Positions 13,341 through 27,245 are shown, numbered from the whole stretch's first letter. The stretch is 63,257 nt of DNA, filler included, from Reticulomyxa filosa (GCA_000512085.1; 22 parts of 22 records of this genome joined end to end with filler, not necessarily neighbours in it), one strand, 5' to 3'. The notes: generated by a model not told the origin, from the sequence alone. Translations and numbers: made by a program.

Positions 13341-14099
13341 TAAATGTAAAGTAAAGTTGACACATAAAACGTCACCTTATATAGATGATCGATTTTCTTC
13401 ATAAAAAAACAACATTCAGACATAATTTTTAAAAATATCTACGAATCGTGTACTTTTTAAATATTATTTTGGTTTTTTATTATATCTTTACTAATTATTT
13501 CAACATTTCGTCCTTTATTTTTTTTTTTAGCTCAGCATATTTCGATATTTGTGTTTCTAAATTATTTTTATTTTTAAAAAAGAATTAATCATTGATCACT
13601 TTCTGAAAATGCTTTAAAAAAAGCTGTTATGACAAAGTCACTATTGTCANNNNNNNNNNNNNNNNNNNNNNNNNNNNNNNNNNNNNNNNNNNNTTAATTA
13701 ATTAANNNNNNNNNNNNNNNNNNNNNNNNNNNNNNNNNNNNNNNNNNNNAAAAAAAAGTATTTACTATTTATTACTTATTCAAAAAATAAAATTAATATA
13801 TTTGATTTAAATATAGCAACCCATTCAATTAGATATGACTTCATTGTCTTATTAAAGTCAGAAAATGGGCAATGTATAAAAACGAAGGGAAGCAAAATGC
13901 TATAATTCTGTTAAAGATGGAAAATCAGTTAAAAATGATAAAAAAAGCAATTTTAATTATTTGCTCGTAATCATTATATCATTCAATTATGCACACGTGT
14001 AAATCAATTATATTACTGATCGTTTGATGAACATAATCAAAATAGTATAAGCTATTCTCAATAAATAACTCAAAACAATGCATAACTTATTAAAATATT

Positions 14100-14470
14100 T
14101 AGCAGTAAAGTACTACTTTATCCAAATCAAAAATTGTTTTGCCTAGTTTGAAAAAGTTAATTCTCTTGATCTATTTTGGATAATAGACAACAACAAACAT
14201 AAAAAAACCATTTTAGTGTGATGACATGTTAACCTAATCAAAATCAAATACAATAATATATCGTATTAAAATTATAACCTTAGATGATGTCCATCGATTG
14301 AACACATTATTTTGTTATAAAAAAAAGAATTCATCAATATAACCATGCCACATTCTCCGTTATTGAACCTTATTTTGTTTATATCTTCAAGCATATCACC
14401 ATAGCAGTTGATTATTTCGTCATTCAGCCAACATCTTGGCTTTAGTAGTAGAATGTAACTGGCATCCAAC
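14100..14470 (-). pseudogene. Ulp1/SENP (peptidase C48) fragment
   Basis: LLKPRCWLNDEIINCYGDML...ILMNSFFYNKI is the typical N-terminal part of the C48 domain (WLND..IN.Y; NSFFY). The catalytic His/Cys region is not recognisable. Confidence 0.65.
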
Positions 14471-17248
14471 TTTACATATCATGTAGATTGTTTATTCTTT
14501 TTTGCTGTTTGAAACGTTTATTAAACGATACTTTTTTGTTCATCTGTTAGTTGTTGTAATTTTATTGCGAGCATGTGGTTTAGTTTTGCAATATGTTCAG
14601 ATTCTTCTTCGTTTTGATTATCTATTATTGCATTTGCAATGCTCTTTGTATAGTCGGTATTCTTGTTCTGCTACGTTTCATCAATGAAAGTTTTCAGTTT
14701 TCTATTTATTATTTCACAGACAATGTCAATCATTTGAAAAAATAACATACAGATAATATTATTCACGAAACTTAATGGTACTTTCAATTACTTTTTACGA
14801 TCGGAATACCCTAATTTGTGTGGATTAAAACAGTTAATAAACATAATTTCTTTTTAATATATCTTTTTGTTTTGTAAATAAATTGTAGTGTATCATACTA
14901 ACTTTTAGTCCGACATTGAAAAAAATTGGAAGGTTATAGATCTTGCAATGCTATTTTTCTTTTTTTGTTTAGATTTTTTCTTTTTCTGTTTTCTTCTTTT
15001 GTTGGTATCTTTCTTCCACCATAGAATCTTGGTTTATATCTCTTTGTTGATCGATCAGATTTTTGAAAAAAGTCTCAGATCAAAGTGTTCATGTTTCAAT
15101 ATACAAAAAATTTTTTTTTAGATTAAAAAATAGTTCAATATCAATGATAAAAAATTTGGATTTTCTGATTGTGAAAAAAGTATGATATCAATGATTCTAA
15201 AGTCACGTTAGACCATATATTAAAAAAAATTGAAAAAGCAGAAAATGAACAAAGTATTTAAGTTCCAAATATTGTATAAAAATAAAAATTATAATAATTC
15301 AAAAACAATTTTCTTGAGTTGAACTATTATTACTACAATGTCAAGATAAAAAAAATTAGTTCAATTGTATTTATGTGTAGTGAATGTAAAAAAAAATATA
15401 TATGTCAAAGCTTTAAGATATAATCAAATAATTCATACTTCTAAGATTTATTCAATCATATTTGTTTATTTGAATATGTATTATATGCAAAATATATGCT
15501 TGATTTTATTTTCTTTTTTTCATATCAATTAATTACAATTATACAATTTGTACACAATAGCCATTGTTATAAAATAAAATTCAGGATTCAGATATTCTAT
15601 TATTTGTAGAATACTTAAAATCAATTTTCTTTAAATAGATAATCGAATATTTACATTGCTTGTTTAAGTTTTAAAACACTTAATTTCAATTTTATACTAA
15701 AAGAAAAAACTGTGTATATATTATCTGAATCCTGAGTTTTTTTCGACAGTGAATCTATTAACAGAAAAGTGTTTTTAAGGATCTGTTTATGATAACTTAT
15801 TATTTTGACAATTAAAATTGTCAAATTATTTATGAAACAAATATTTAGCTTGAAACACAGTCAAATAATATGCATTCTGATATAGCAATAGACTAATATT
15901 ACGCATTAGATCGATTTGATATTGATACAAAAATTATTGACAACGTTAAATTAGATTTAATTAATCAAACAGTCAAGTTTTATGACGATACATTCAAATG
16001 TAAAAAAAAGTACAAATTGCAGATTATATACTATACATACACACTTTTCAAATATCAAAACGTTATAATTTTTATCAAAAGGAGAATAAACTAAATTTTC
16101 AATATTCATCGTGCAAAAACATTTCATTACTTTGTGCAAGTTCATTTTTTAAAAAAATCACAAAATAGTCTTGTAATATTTTCTGATTTTCTAGCTTTTA
16201 TTGTTTATTAAACATTTTTTAAAATTTTTGTATTAGATTCAACTATTTTTTCATGTAGTTAGGTTCATTTTGATTCGAAGATTGATCATTATATTAAACT
16301 TAATATTAATTGGTACTTTTTTTTGTATGTATTCAATGTTACTGTCAGAAAATTTTTGTGTATTTTCAACCAAATCAGTATTAACCAAAAAAATTGTAAA
16401 TACTTTTTGGAAATGAAAAAAAGATATGCACATGCTAATCACTCGTTCAATTGACCGATATGAAAACAGTCAACAACTGTTTAAGATAAAATATTGTTGC
16501 ATAACAAGTTTACTTTTTTTTTTTTTTTCCAATGACTTGTAAAAGAGACTGACATTGACAATGATGCACGATAAAATGTCAAAGTACATCCGATATTTAT
16601 CATAATTTTATATTTTCAAGTAATATGCTTTAGACAATTAAAATTGTGGCACAAATTAATTTGTTTTCTATTTTTCAAATATGGACAAAAAAATGAAATT
16701 GAGTATGAATTTTAAAATGGAGCAAAAAATTATCAAATGAGATAAAGATTTTTTTATATATACGTTGTTTGATCTTTTTGTAATATACAATTTTTATCAA
16801 TCAAAATTGCGTCAATTTTCTTATATAAATTTTTTGGCTTGTTACTATTATCGTCATCGTTAGCGTTGTTTTTACAAACTACTTATAAAAGTGTAAACGT
16901 ATATCCAGTAAACCAGAAAAAATAATCAAAATTTGCTACTTTTAGAAACACAAAAAGTTCATATTTTAGTGGTGGCTAATTTTTTTTTGTCGCAACTGTA
17001 ATTTGTTAAAGATTGCATGTATCTCTGATAAAATTTTTTTACAAAAATGGTAATCAAGTATGTGGTGTTTCTTCTCCAAAAAAATCCTGCATTAATTGGA
17101 GTGACTCCAAAAAAGTAGTTTAGTNNNNNNNNNNNNNNNNNNNNNNNNNNNNNNNNNNNNNNNNNNNNTTAATTAATTAANNNNNNNNNNNNNNNNNNNN
17201 NNNNNNNNNNNNNNNNNNNNNNNNAAAAAAAAAAAAAAAAAAAAAACC

Positions 17249-18393
17249 TGAGTTTCTGAAGTATTTAGCGTTCGCCAACTCGATAAACAATTCGACAGCT
17301 TCGTGCATGGCATTTTTAGTTTCGTCTTCAAACAGGACTGAGTTATAATGATTGAGTGCCATAAGAAATATGACAGCAGCAACATCCTCGAATTGGTGGA
17401 TCCATTTTCTACGTTCACTTCTTTGGCCCCCGACGTCAGTAATATGGAACGTCCCCTTTTCATTTGAATAAGTGTAGTTAATAACACCTATAATAATAAA
17501 TATACATATATGTATATATATATATATATATATTTATATACATATATATGTATATATTGGATAAATTAAGGACTTCTCTACGTTCATAAAAACAAATTTC
17601 TCAATACTCTAATTTTTGTCTACCCTTATAGCAAACAAGAAAGGGGGGGGGGAGGGGGAAAGAGGGACATGAAACTTGCCTGTAGTTCGGACTCGTGCTT
17701 TAATAACATCTTCTTCAGTCGGGGCATATTTAGTGCTCATAACAGTGAGACATTTGTCATAAAAAAACTCTAAGTTGTCTGGAAATGAGTATAGCAAGCC
17801 TCTTCTCTTAAATGTCTCCTGTATGGCAGACACCTTCCATAAGTAGTCGATCGCAGTGCCCAACTCTTCTATATCTGTGTTTGCTGCCAATGTATCATCT
17901 GCAAAGTTATGCTGTCCATACTTCAACACGATCCGTGCATAGTCAAGAGTTTTGGGTTCGTCCGGAATCAAACAGCCTTTATTTGCCTCCTTGTCCATGT
18001 CATAGATTTGCTGTGATTTTATTAGCATTTTCACCATGTACTGAACCAAGTTGCTTCGAACCGCGTTGGCTGTTTCTTCGATTGTGCTTAGATCGCATAT
18101 CACATCACCTTTTGATTTACGTAAATTCTTGAAAATTGTCGATTTACCACTTGCACCTATTTTTTTTTTTACATTTACATATTGTGTTATGTCCATCACT
18201 TATCTTTTTTTACTCTCTATGTCTTCTTGTGTATTTCGTTCTCAGTTAATATTATATACATATATATACCTGTCCCTAAAAGCAGCAACTTTTTTTCTTC
18301 CTCTTCCGCTCGTGCTTGAGCCTGATATTGTTTGTTGATGTCACGATCCGCATCAACCTCTACTTTAGGACCGGATGAACCGGTGCAGCCCAT
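17249..18393 (-). CDS. Heterotrimeric G-protein alpha subunit, 3' partial
   Basis: Starts MGCTGS (myristoylation/palmitoylation). P-loop [17 protein letters not shown] spans an intron. Switch I RVRTTG and switch [16 protein letters not shown] are present. Confidence 0.95.
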
Positions 18394-19079
18394 TATTTTA
18401 GGTTAGTGTTAGAAGATGATGGAAAAAAATATCAAAACAAAACTGTATCCTTTTATGACGCGTCAAAAAAAAAGAGAACTCTAGCAACAGTTTGTTGCGA
18501 AACCACAAGTACGTTTCAATAATCAAGGCTCTGAAATAGATAACAAATGTTGTTATGAAAAATACTGGCTGTGTCACTTTAGTTGTTTCAATATTTCAAT
18601 ATCGTTATTTGTCACACGAACGAAAACAATTTGAAGAAAAAATTCGAATATCTTAAAAATGAATTTAATAACAACAAATGCAAGTCACAATGTGCAATAT
18701 GTTCGACATTTATCAATCTAGTAGAAGACCAAAGTCTAATAATCTTTCATTTTCAAAATTTTGTGCCTATATTATTTTCTCTTGGGAATACATTTTTTAT
18801 AACTGAAAGCGCACTGACTTATATACATGAACTTTTTATAGTATATTTAATATTTTTTTCACTAATTGAAATTTTCATTGAGCACTTTGTTTTATTTTAA
18901 CTGTTTTTCCTATCATGTATCAGGTGTTGTTTGATTGTCATAACAACAATGCATTTTCTGCATGACTAATTTACTTTCCAGATTAAAATAAAAATTATTG
19001 TTCAAACAAGAAATTATGAATATGTACATCAACTAGCCTTGAATATCGTTGGAGATATGGTTAGTGATAAGAAAAAAAG

Positions 19080-20474
19080 TTAGTACTTGGTTTGAAATTT
19101 TTTGGAAATTTTGACGACCTTTCGAATTCTTTTTTTACGCCACTCGAAATAGGTCAAAAATTTTTGAGAATGATTTGTGACAGTTTGTTTTTTTTGAACA
19201 TCATCGGAACACAAGAGCATGGGATTAATATGCAAAGGTTTTAATACAGCGTCATGATTAGCCCCAACAAAAAATGCCATGACTTGTCGATCAGTTTTGT
19301 TTTGTGGGATGATTACCCGATGCATTGTAGACTTCCAATAGCCATTGGTCCAATATTCCAAGCAATCGCCAATGTTGACAATGAGATAGTCTTGACAACT
19401 TATGTCATCATTTTTAACAGTATGCCACTCGTTATTGATTTGGATTTGAAGACCTCCTTCGCAATTGTTCTGAGCAATGATCGTAAAAACGTCCACGTCC
19501 GTGTGTTGTTCAATGGCCTTGCCCGCGGTCGAATCACACCCAAGCTTGCTTTGGTAAGGATACAAATTCGTCGATAAAATGGACGTGTGTTTGTCAAAAA
19601 GTGAGGAAAGCTGATCCAACGATTCGCAATTGTCTGGGATTTCAAAAATGAGTCCAAATATATGTAACAAATATCGGCATATTTGATAGAATTTTCCGTA
19701 CATTTCGATCATGTGCTCTTTAAACTTTGCATATGGTTTCACTTCGGCTTTACTGTCATCTTCGGGCCACTGATTTGGATACAACAATACACGTGCCCCT
19801 TTTTTTTTTCCCCCCCCCCCCAAAAAAAAAGGAAAAGAAAATAGGTACGTTATTGTAACAGTAATTACATATATACATATATACATATATGTATACGTAT
19901 GTACATAATATACATATATGTATATATAATTTTTTCCAGCTTGCTTGTTGTGATCTCAGTGAACAATATAACCATTGAACTCAAATAACAAATTACAAGG
20001 GTACATACCTTTGCTATGATAGTATGGAGTCTCTTTGGATGATTGCATTTCTGTTTGGATATGTGTCTTTTCGTGGTATTCTGGACCCATTCGAAATTTC
20101 ATGTTCCAGTCATTGGGTTTGTTTTCGCCTATCAATGTCGCGAAATTTTCGGTGTGCAAAGGTGCAAAGCCACGCGGAACTGGGCTGCTTGAATTCGTCG
20201 TTGCTTTGTCACTTTTCGATTGCAAATCTTCAAGACATTCTTTGCAACACTTGAAAGCGCTGGTCAAAAATTCACTGTCCAATAAATCTTTGTTGCGAAT
20301 CAGCAGAAATCCATACTTTGAAAATGAATTATGAATTATTTCTAAAACTTGTCGCTGAGATGAAGTCAGTGTTTCCCATGTTTCAATTTTTGGAGAGGAT
20401 ACAAAACAAGATATATCAATAATTGGGAGAGACAATTGCTTTGATTGGGATGTGTCGACTGATTCCGCCAACAT
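19080..20474 (-). CDS. 2-oxoglutarate/Fe(II)-dependent dioxygenase (IPNS/DIOX-like)
   Basis: N-terminal LPIIDIS...YGFLLIRN. Iron ligands in HTDVDVFTI and STMHRV. Also GGLQI and IVNIGDCLEYWTNG. Two exons. Confidence 0.9.
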
Positions 20475-20815
20475 TATCAATTATTCTGTTCTTCTGAGCT
20501 TTTTTTTGAAACAAGGTTCTTTTACTGCAGTAACAGAGAGCAAAGTTACAATGGTATTCTGATTTCAAAAAGAGCCTGACGTAAATTTGCTAAAAATTCA
20601 TTTTGTCAGAACTAAACTTGGCAGTCAAATATTTTTTGTTACTGTTTGCCGAATATATCAAACTCCCAACTGCGGTCTCAAAGCAAGCTCATTGAAGCGT
20701 TTCCTATTTTGGTTAATTTATTTGAGTTTAACGTTAAAAACACGGTGATACAACAAAATCAAATTTTTCCTTTCTACTCTCCCGCGGTTTGTTGTGCGTT
20801 TTTTTTGAATAAAGC

Positions 20816-21155
20816 ATGGCGCACGCTCCAGAGCAAAAGGAAGAGCTAAGTGGAGAACCAGAAACTGTCCAGTGGAAACATAAGACAGAAAATGAGAGGT
20901 GGGCAGATGTGAACACATTATTGAGTCGTGGAAGTGAGAAGTTCTGTCCTCCTCCTTTCAACCCGGACGAGGAAAACTACTTGGAACGTATTCAAAGCCA
21001 ACGTAGAGTTTTGGTGGTTGGAGCAGGTGGTTTGGGATGTGAAATTTTGAAAAATTTGGCATTAAGTGGCTTCAAAGATATCGAGGTGTTGGACTTGGAT
21101 GTAATTGAATTGTCAAACTTGAACAGACAATTTTTGTTTCGAAAAAAAGACATTG
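20816..21155 (+). CDS. UBA3: NEDD8-activating enzyme E1 catalytic subunit, 3' partial
   Basis: ThiF adenylation motif [45 protein letters not shown]. The N-terminal [12 protein letters not shown]...PPFNP is UBA3-like rather than UBA2-like. Confidence 0.8.
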
Positions 21156-22153
21156 GTAAGGCGTTAGTTTTTTTTTTCTTGTTCCCCCTTTCGCTCTCTC
21201 GCTGTCTCGTTATTTTGTTTAACCCTTATTCAAAAGGNNNNNNNNNNNNNNNNNNNNNNNNNNNNNNNNNNNNNNNNNNNNTTAATTAATTAANNNNNNN
21301 NNNNNNNNNNNNNNNNNNNNNNNNNNNNNNNNNNNNNAAGATAAAATAAATAAAAATATTCAAATAGGAAATTTATACAATGAACATAATAACATATATT
21401 TAATTGTTTTTTATTCGTTAATAATTTTGAATATATTTATTTTCTCCTTTTAATTATGAGAATATATATTAACATGTCAAGTTAGTTTAAATGATAAATG
21501 TAAAGTATGTAAAAGATAAAGAATATTTAGTATTTAAATCTTGAATAACAGAAAGTCATTGAAACAAAAGGGGGTAAATATTTTTAACATCAATGAAATT
21601 AAATGATATTTTCTTTTTTAATTCTATTCACAAATTTAATTTGATATGGAAAAATTGTCTAATGAGAGAACATCTTATTAAATGGATTTTGTACTTTATT
21701 ATACCAAACTTGAATTGAGTATATTTAACATATATCCAAACTATTGATCCGTTCTAATCTTATTATAGCAATCTTTGAACTAAACTTTGAATAATGCTTT
21801 AAATAAAATATGTATGTAATCATGCCAGCATTTCTAGATCACTAATACAACATAAATGTACTTTATGGAAATGTTGGAAGTCTTTCGATAATCTAGTCCG
21901 TTTTTGTATTGTTCGACTGAAATATTTGTTCGACACATTAGTTTCTACTTATCATTATTTTTTTTTAAAAATTTTTAAAGCACAAAAATGAGAAATATAA
22001 ACAAAATAATTTCAAATATTTTTTTGTAGTTTAAAAACATTCTACTTTTAAAAATAATATGTAGATTATAATCATTCAAGGATAACTTTTTTCATGTACT
22101 TTCCCTTTTTAAAAAAAATCTAAATTACTTCATAGTTCCTCAACATTAACAAC

Positions 22154-23384
22154 ATGAGCAACCAACTTTTTCAGACTTTGAAGGAGTTGCCAACTCCACT
22201 TGTTGAATCTCAATGTGTGCTACACAAACACGAAATCCTCATTTGTGGAGGTGCTAAAAAAAGAGCTTGTTATTCTTATCATACAATCAAAAATGAATAC
22301 AAGTTTATCTGTGAGTATCCAAGTAATATTAAATTAGATGGACACTGTGTAGTGAAACTGGTAGATAACAACAACAAAGACAGCAATGAAATCACTTTGT
22401 TGTCTTTTGGTGGAAATGAAAGTACAAAAAGACATACATTGGTGATGAAATATGTAAGTGTTTGGAGTAATATATTGGATATATCAAAAAAATCAAATGA
22501 ATTGAACAATTACAATGAATGGGTTCCTTTCACAGACAATCATAATCATTCAATTATCATTGGAAGAGATGAAGATCACGATTATCGTGGAGTGCGTGCA
22601 GTGATTGGTGGGAGTAAAAATCATTTGTTATTTATTACTTATACTCAAAATAATATTAGTGTGTTTGATTTAAATACATTTCAATTTATTAATGATGATA
22701 TTTTACCAACTGACGGTATAATATTATTTCATTGCTTTGTATCAAATTCAGAAAATGTGCAAGAACAAAAAATGATTAAATCAAATGAAGAAAAAAATAA
22801 ACAAAATTATCAAATGCTGTTGTTTTGTTTCAAGACAGGATTATCAATTGAATATGATGAAGATAACAATACTTTTCAATTTTATCAACTACCCGTTTGT
22901 GATAATATTGCATCATACTATGCATATGGATATGTGTGTATCAATAATGTCATTTTATTCTTTGGTGGATATGATAACATTTGTTCACACTCAATACACA
23001 AGTATTCAATTCGAGAAAACGAATGGACGATAATTCAAAACACTTTACCCAGTCCATTGAATGGCTGCGTTGCAATATTGAGTGAAGAGGACAATCATAT
23101 ACATATCATTGGAGGAGACGATGACAAAGAAAAAACAGTATCAACTCATTTGAAGACTAAAGTGCGTGAATGGGATCCTTCACAGTTGGTAATGATTTGT
23201 TTATTTATTTTGATGAAACACAAATGAATTTAATTGTGTGAAATAATTGACAAATAATAAACAGTCAAAAAATGAAATAAAATGTATTATTGAATATTGG
23301 CTTCGAATTTTAAAGATAAAATTAGGATGGATCGATGATTTTTATACAATTATTATGAAATATAGTAGATTAAATAAATGTTGA
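22154..23384 (+). CDS. Kelch-like beta-propeller protein with C-terminal module
   Basis: Exon 1 (22154-23188) has blades ILICGG, LLSFGG, AVIGG, ILFFGG and IHIIGG. Intron 23189-23264. Terminal exon 23265-23384 reads SKNEIKCIIEYWLRILKIKLGWIDDFYTIIMKYSRLNKC*. Confidence 0.85.
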
Positions 23385-23499
23385 AAGCAAAATTAAAATA
23401 GCTGTTTATTATGCTATCTTTAAATATGGCTTTGATATTGATTTTATTTTATTCATAACTATGAAGTTTCCATTTTTTTTAGTACGTTCCAAATATTTG

Positions 23500-24610
23500 A
23501 AACTTACAAACAATCAAGAAAAAAGAGAAATATTTCTTGTAAAAAAAATAGTTTTTTATACAGGTTTTCTTTGTTGAAAGGTAATGTTATAATCAATGAC
23601 GTTTTGACTTTCACACAATACCACTCAATACTTTTGTTACTGCGAATCTGTTTTAATATCCTGCAACATTTACTTGAATTAATGACCAATTTTATATTTT
23701 GCATAACAACTTTGTTCATGCTTTTGCTCAACAATGACAAATCAGCTCACTTTATGTCATCATTGATAAAAATCTTAATTAAAATTTCTTTTTACTAAAG
23801 AAACGAACGAAACATCATTAGTGAAATGATAATAAATATAATATTCAATTACAATAATTGCAGATGCGCTTTCATTGTTTAAACCATGTCTTCATTTACT
23901 TTAATGTAAGATTTGCAAAATATTGTTGTTATCTGACAAAAGAAGTTGAAAGAAAATCACTACTATTATTAGAAAAATTTGTTTCAATTTATCTCATATT
24001 TATTTCGTAAATTTTTTATTAATAATGAACAAAAAATTATATATGTTTTCACATGATCTTTGAATTTTGCTTTCCACAATCGAATTGTCTTATCATTAGA
24101 TAATGATACAGTAGTATTTCCATCTGATGAAATGTCAAACCTTTTATTTTCTCTGAATGTCCTTCTAGTTCTTGTATCTCATTCTTAATTGTATGTCCCA
24201 CAAGTAAATGACACTATATCTATACATCAATACTGTTTGTCCAGATGGAAAATATTTTAATTTTGTTGGTTCAAGCGATATTTCTGTTTTTTCCACTTTG
24301 ATCCCTGGCATTAAGTCTAATAGTTCAATAGTCCGATTTGAATAACGTACAATATTTAGACCATTAGGGGGAATTTATGCCGTTTCACACCATTTATTGT
24401 ATATTGTTTTTGCTTCACTGGATATTATATCAAAAACTTCAATACTATCCATTGTTGCTACAAGAATTTTTTGATTATTGGATAAAATTTTTACGTCCAT
24501 AATATGACTATTATAAGATAATGCTTTAATCAGTTTTCCAGATTGTATCTTTCTAAAATCTTTAAAAGCGTTAATGCAATATTTTTCTTTTTTTGACTTT
24601 TCCAACAACT
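23500..24610 (-). pseudogene. Decayed WD40-containing gene
   Basis: Fragments IQELEGHSEKIK, SSDGNTTVSLSNDKTIRLWK and HIMDVKILSNNQKILVAT, with many disablements. Confidence 0.55.
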
Positions 24611-24663
24611 AAGTAAAATGGAAAAAAAAATGATTGTGCTCAATACTATTTCCACCAAACTTT

Positions 24664-26036
24664 TCAAAAAATATCTTCATTTATTGTTGACCAAAAGTAA
24701 ATTACCCCAAATACGAATGAAACCTTGCGTGAACCATAACACAAGTTTAAATCATATGTGGCATTCCTTGCATTTTCATTGATCTTTTCCTTCCTTTTCA
24801 AAGATATAAATTTAAGACAATATATTCCATTATCTTCTTCATTATCTCCTTTAATTATATATAATTCATTCTTATTTGATCGAATATCCCAAAATCGAAT
24901 TGTATTATCACCTGATCCAGAACATATCACTATTCTTTATCACAAGTGGTGAATATTCAACAGCATGAACCCAACGTGTATGTCCATCGAACGCTTGAAT
25001 TTGTTGGCCAGATCGAATATCCCACAAACGAACACTGTTATCAAATGATCCTGATAATATTGTATTTAATAATTCATTTGATCCATATTTTACACTCATT
25101 ACATAATTTGTATGTCCTTTGAATACATTTAATTGTTTGGTTGTTTCAATATCCATATTCGAATGGTTTTATCATAGGATCCAGAACAAATAGTATATCC
25201 ATTACCATCAATCACGCCAATATTATTACTTTTATTATCGTTATTGCTTTGCAATGGTGAAATATCAACACACCAAACAGTTCTTTCATGTCTATTGAAA
25301 ACATGTAATGATTTTGATGTTGCAACATCCCATAAACGAATAGTAGCACCTGTAGATCCAGAACATAAATATCTACCACCACTAAGTGGTGAAAATTCAA
25401 TGCCATAAACGCTGTCATCATGTTCATAGAGTATTTGCAATTGCTTGTTATGCTTAATATCCCAAAAACGAATGGTGTTGTCAAGTGATGAAGAACATAT
25501 GACATTTTTACGATGATGATGATAATGATATCGCGAAAATTTCACACAAAATACACCAAATAAATGTCCATGTAATGATTGAATTTGTTTATTGTTATCA
25601 ACATCCCATACACGAACTGTTTCATCACCTGATCCAGAACAAATGAATTGACCATCACCAAATGTTGAATAATCAATACTCCACACAATATCAGTGTGCC
25701 TAGTTAATGTTTTGAGTAATTTTGATGACGAACGAAAGATATCAAATATAAAAGTATCAATGGACTGTGTTAATTGTGATTATAGATAACATTTGAATTT
25801 TTTGTTTTGCATAAAAAAAGAAATAAATAAACATAACATAATTGACAACAAGTTTGTCAAATTCATAAATCCATCCAAATTTAATATGTAATATTTTAAT
25901 CCAATGTTGAATAATTAATGGAATCTCTTCTTCTTTTGGCTGATTTAATCACAATTATAACCAAAAGACAACAGAATTCTGAACAAGTTACCAGTGGTAG
26001 TTGCGTTGATGTTCTTATTTCAGTATGAGTAGTCAT
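24664..26036 (-). pseudogene. WD40-repeat paralog with N-terminal module, frameshifted
   Basis: Exons 26036-25992, 25939-25838 and 25764 onward, the same structure as 11465-12846. Frameshifts near 25156, 24930 (small deletion) and 24720. Confidence 0.8.
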
Positions 26037-26827
26037 TCTTTCAACTTGTTTTGCTTGATATAAGAGAAATAAAGTTTCAATTTGTTTATATCAATATCAA
26101 TATTTGAAGTGTTCTCAAAAGTATTTATAAGAACTTCTGAAAAAAAAAATCTGCGTTAAATACTACTAGATTCCAAAAACTTTAAAAATTTCATTTTTAA
26201 ACAAATTTTGTGATAATATTTATTAAGATAACAGTCCGACTAATTGTCTCTAAAGAATGAATATATCAACACAATTAACATTAGCAAGTTTACTTTCAAC
26301 TACAACTTCCTTCTTTTCAAAATTTACAATACATATATGATTATTTAAAGAATGGCGCAATATTATTACAAACATATTTCATGAAATTGAAAAGTGTTAT
26401 TACCTTTATCATATATCTACAAAATACAGCATTTCCTAATTTTTATTATTTTTATTCTTATATTTTGCTTGTTCAATTTTGACTTTGATATTGTATTGTC
26501 AAAATTATACTTATTGCTTTGTTTGATTATCATATCATCAGTCAACGTAAGTTTTGTACACAATGGAAACAAGTAAACTTTGAAAAATACGATTCATCCA
26601 AAAAGTGGACTTGTTCATTTTCGAATTTTTTATAACAGAAACATCAATAAAATTCGCTTTCTTGAATAATTCGGTACACCTAAAATACATTATATTTTTT
26701 TTCAATTAAATATTATCATATTGGATTTATTTATTATAGAGAAAATCAGTTATAAAAATATTATATAATATTTGATAAAATAAAAACGAGAGTTAGATCT
26801 TTTAATTATATTTTTTCAAAATTTATT

Positions 26828-27245
26828 TCATATACTGTATTTCATAATAATTTTATCAAAAAAAACAATCCATCCAAATTTTATTTCTGAAGTTCTAATC
26901 CAATATTCAATAATAAATTTCATTTCATTTTTTGACTATTCATTATTTATCAATTTATTTCATAAAATATATTTGTATTTCATCAAAACAAATAAATAAA
27001 ATAAATCATTACCAACAGTGAAGGATCCAATACTTTCACACTAGTCTTCATATGAGTTGATACTATTGTATGTTTATCATCTTCACTTAGTATTGCGAAA
27101 CAACCACACAATGGACTGGGTAAGTTGTTTTGAAGTGTCGTCCATTTATTTTCCCAAATTGAATACTTGTGCACTGATTTTAAACTAGCCAGGAATTCCA
27201 AAAGTACTTTTTTTTTTTTACTTTATGTATGCATATGCATTATAC
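26828..27245 (-). pseudogene. 5'-truncated kelch-like paralog with C-terminal module
   Basis: SVHKYSIWENKWTTLQNNLPSPLCGCFAILSED...VLDPSLL, intron 27012-26936, then terminal exon SKNEMKFIIEYWIRTSEIKFGWIVFFDKIIMKYSI*. Paralog of 22154-23384. Confidence 0.8.

Noticed and set aside
20816-23384. Physical clustering of UBA3 with the putative ligase-adaptor genes
   Set aside because: They lie on different contigs separated by a linker, so the adjacency is meaningless.
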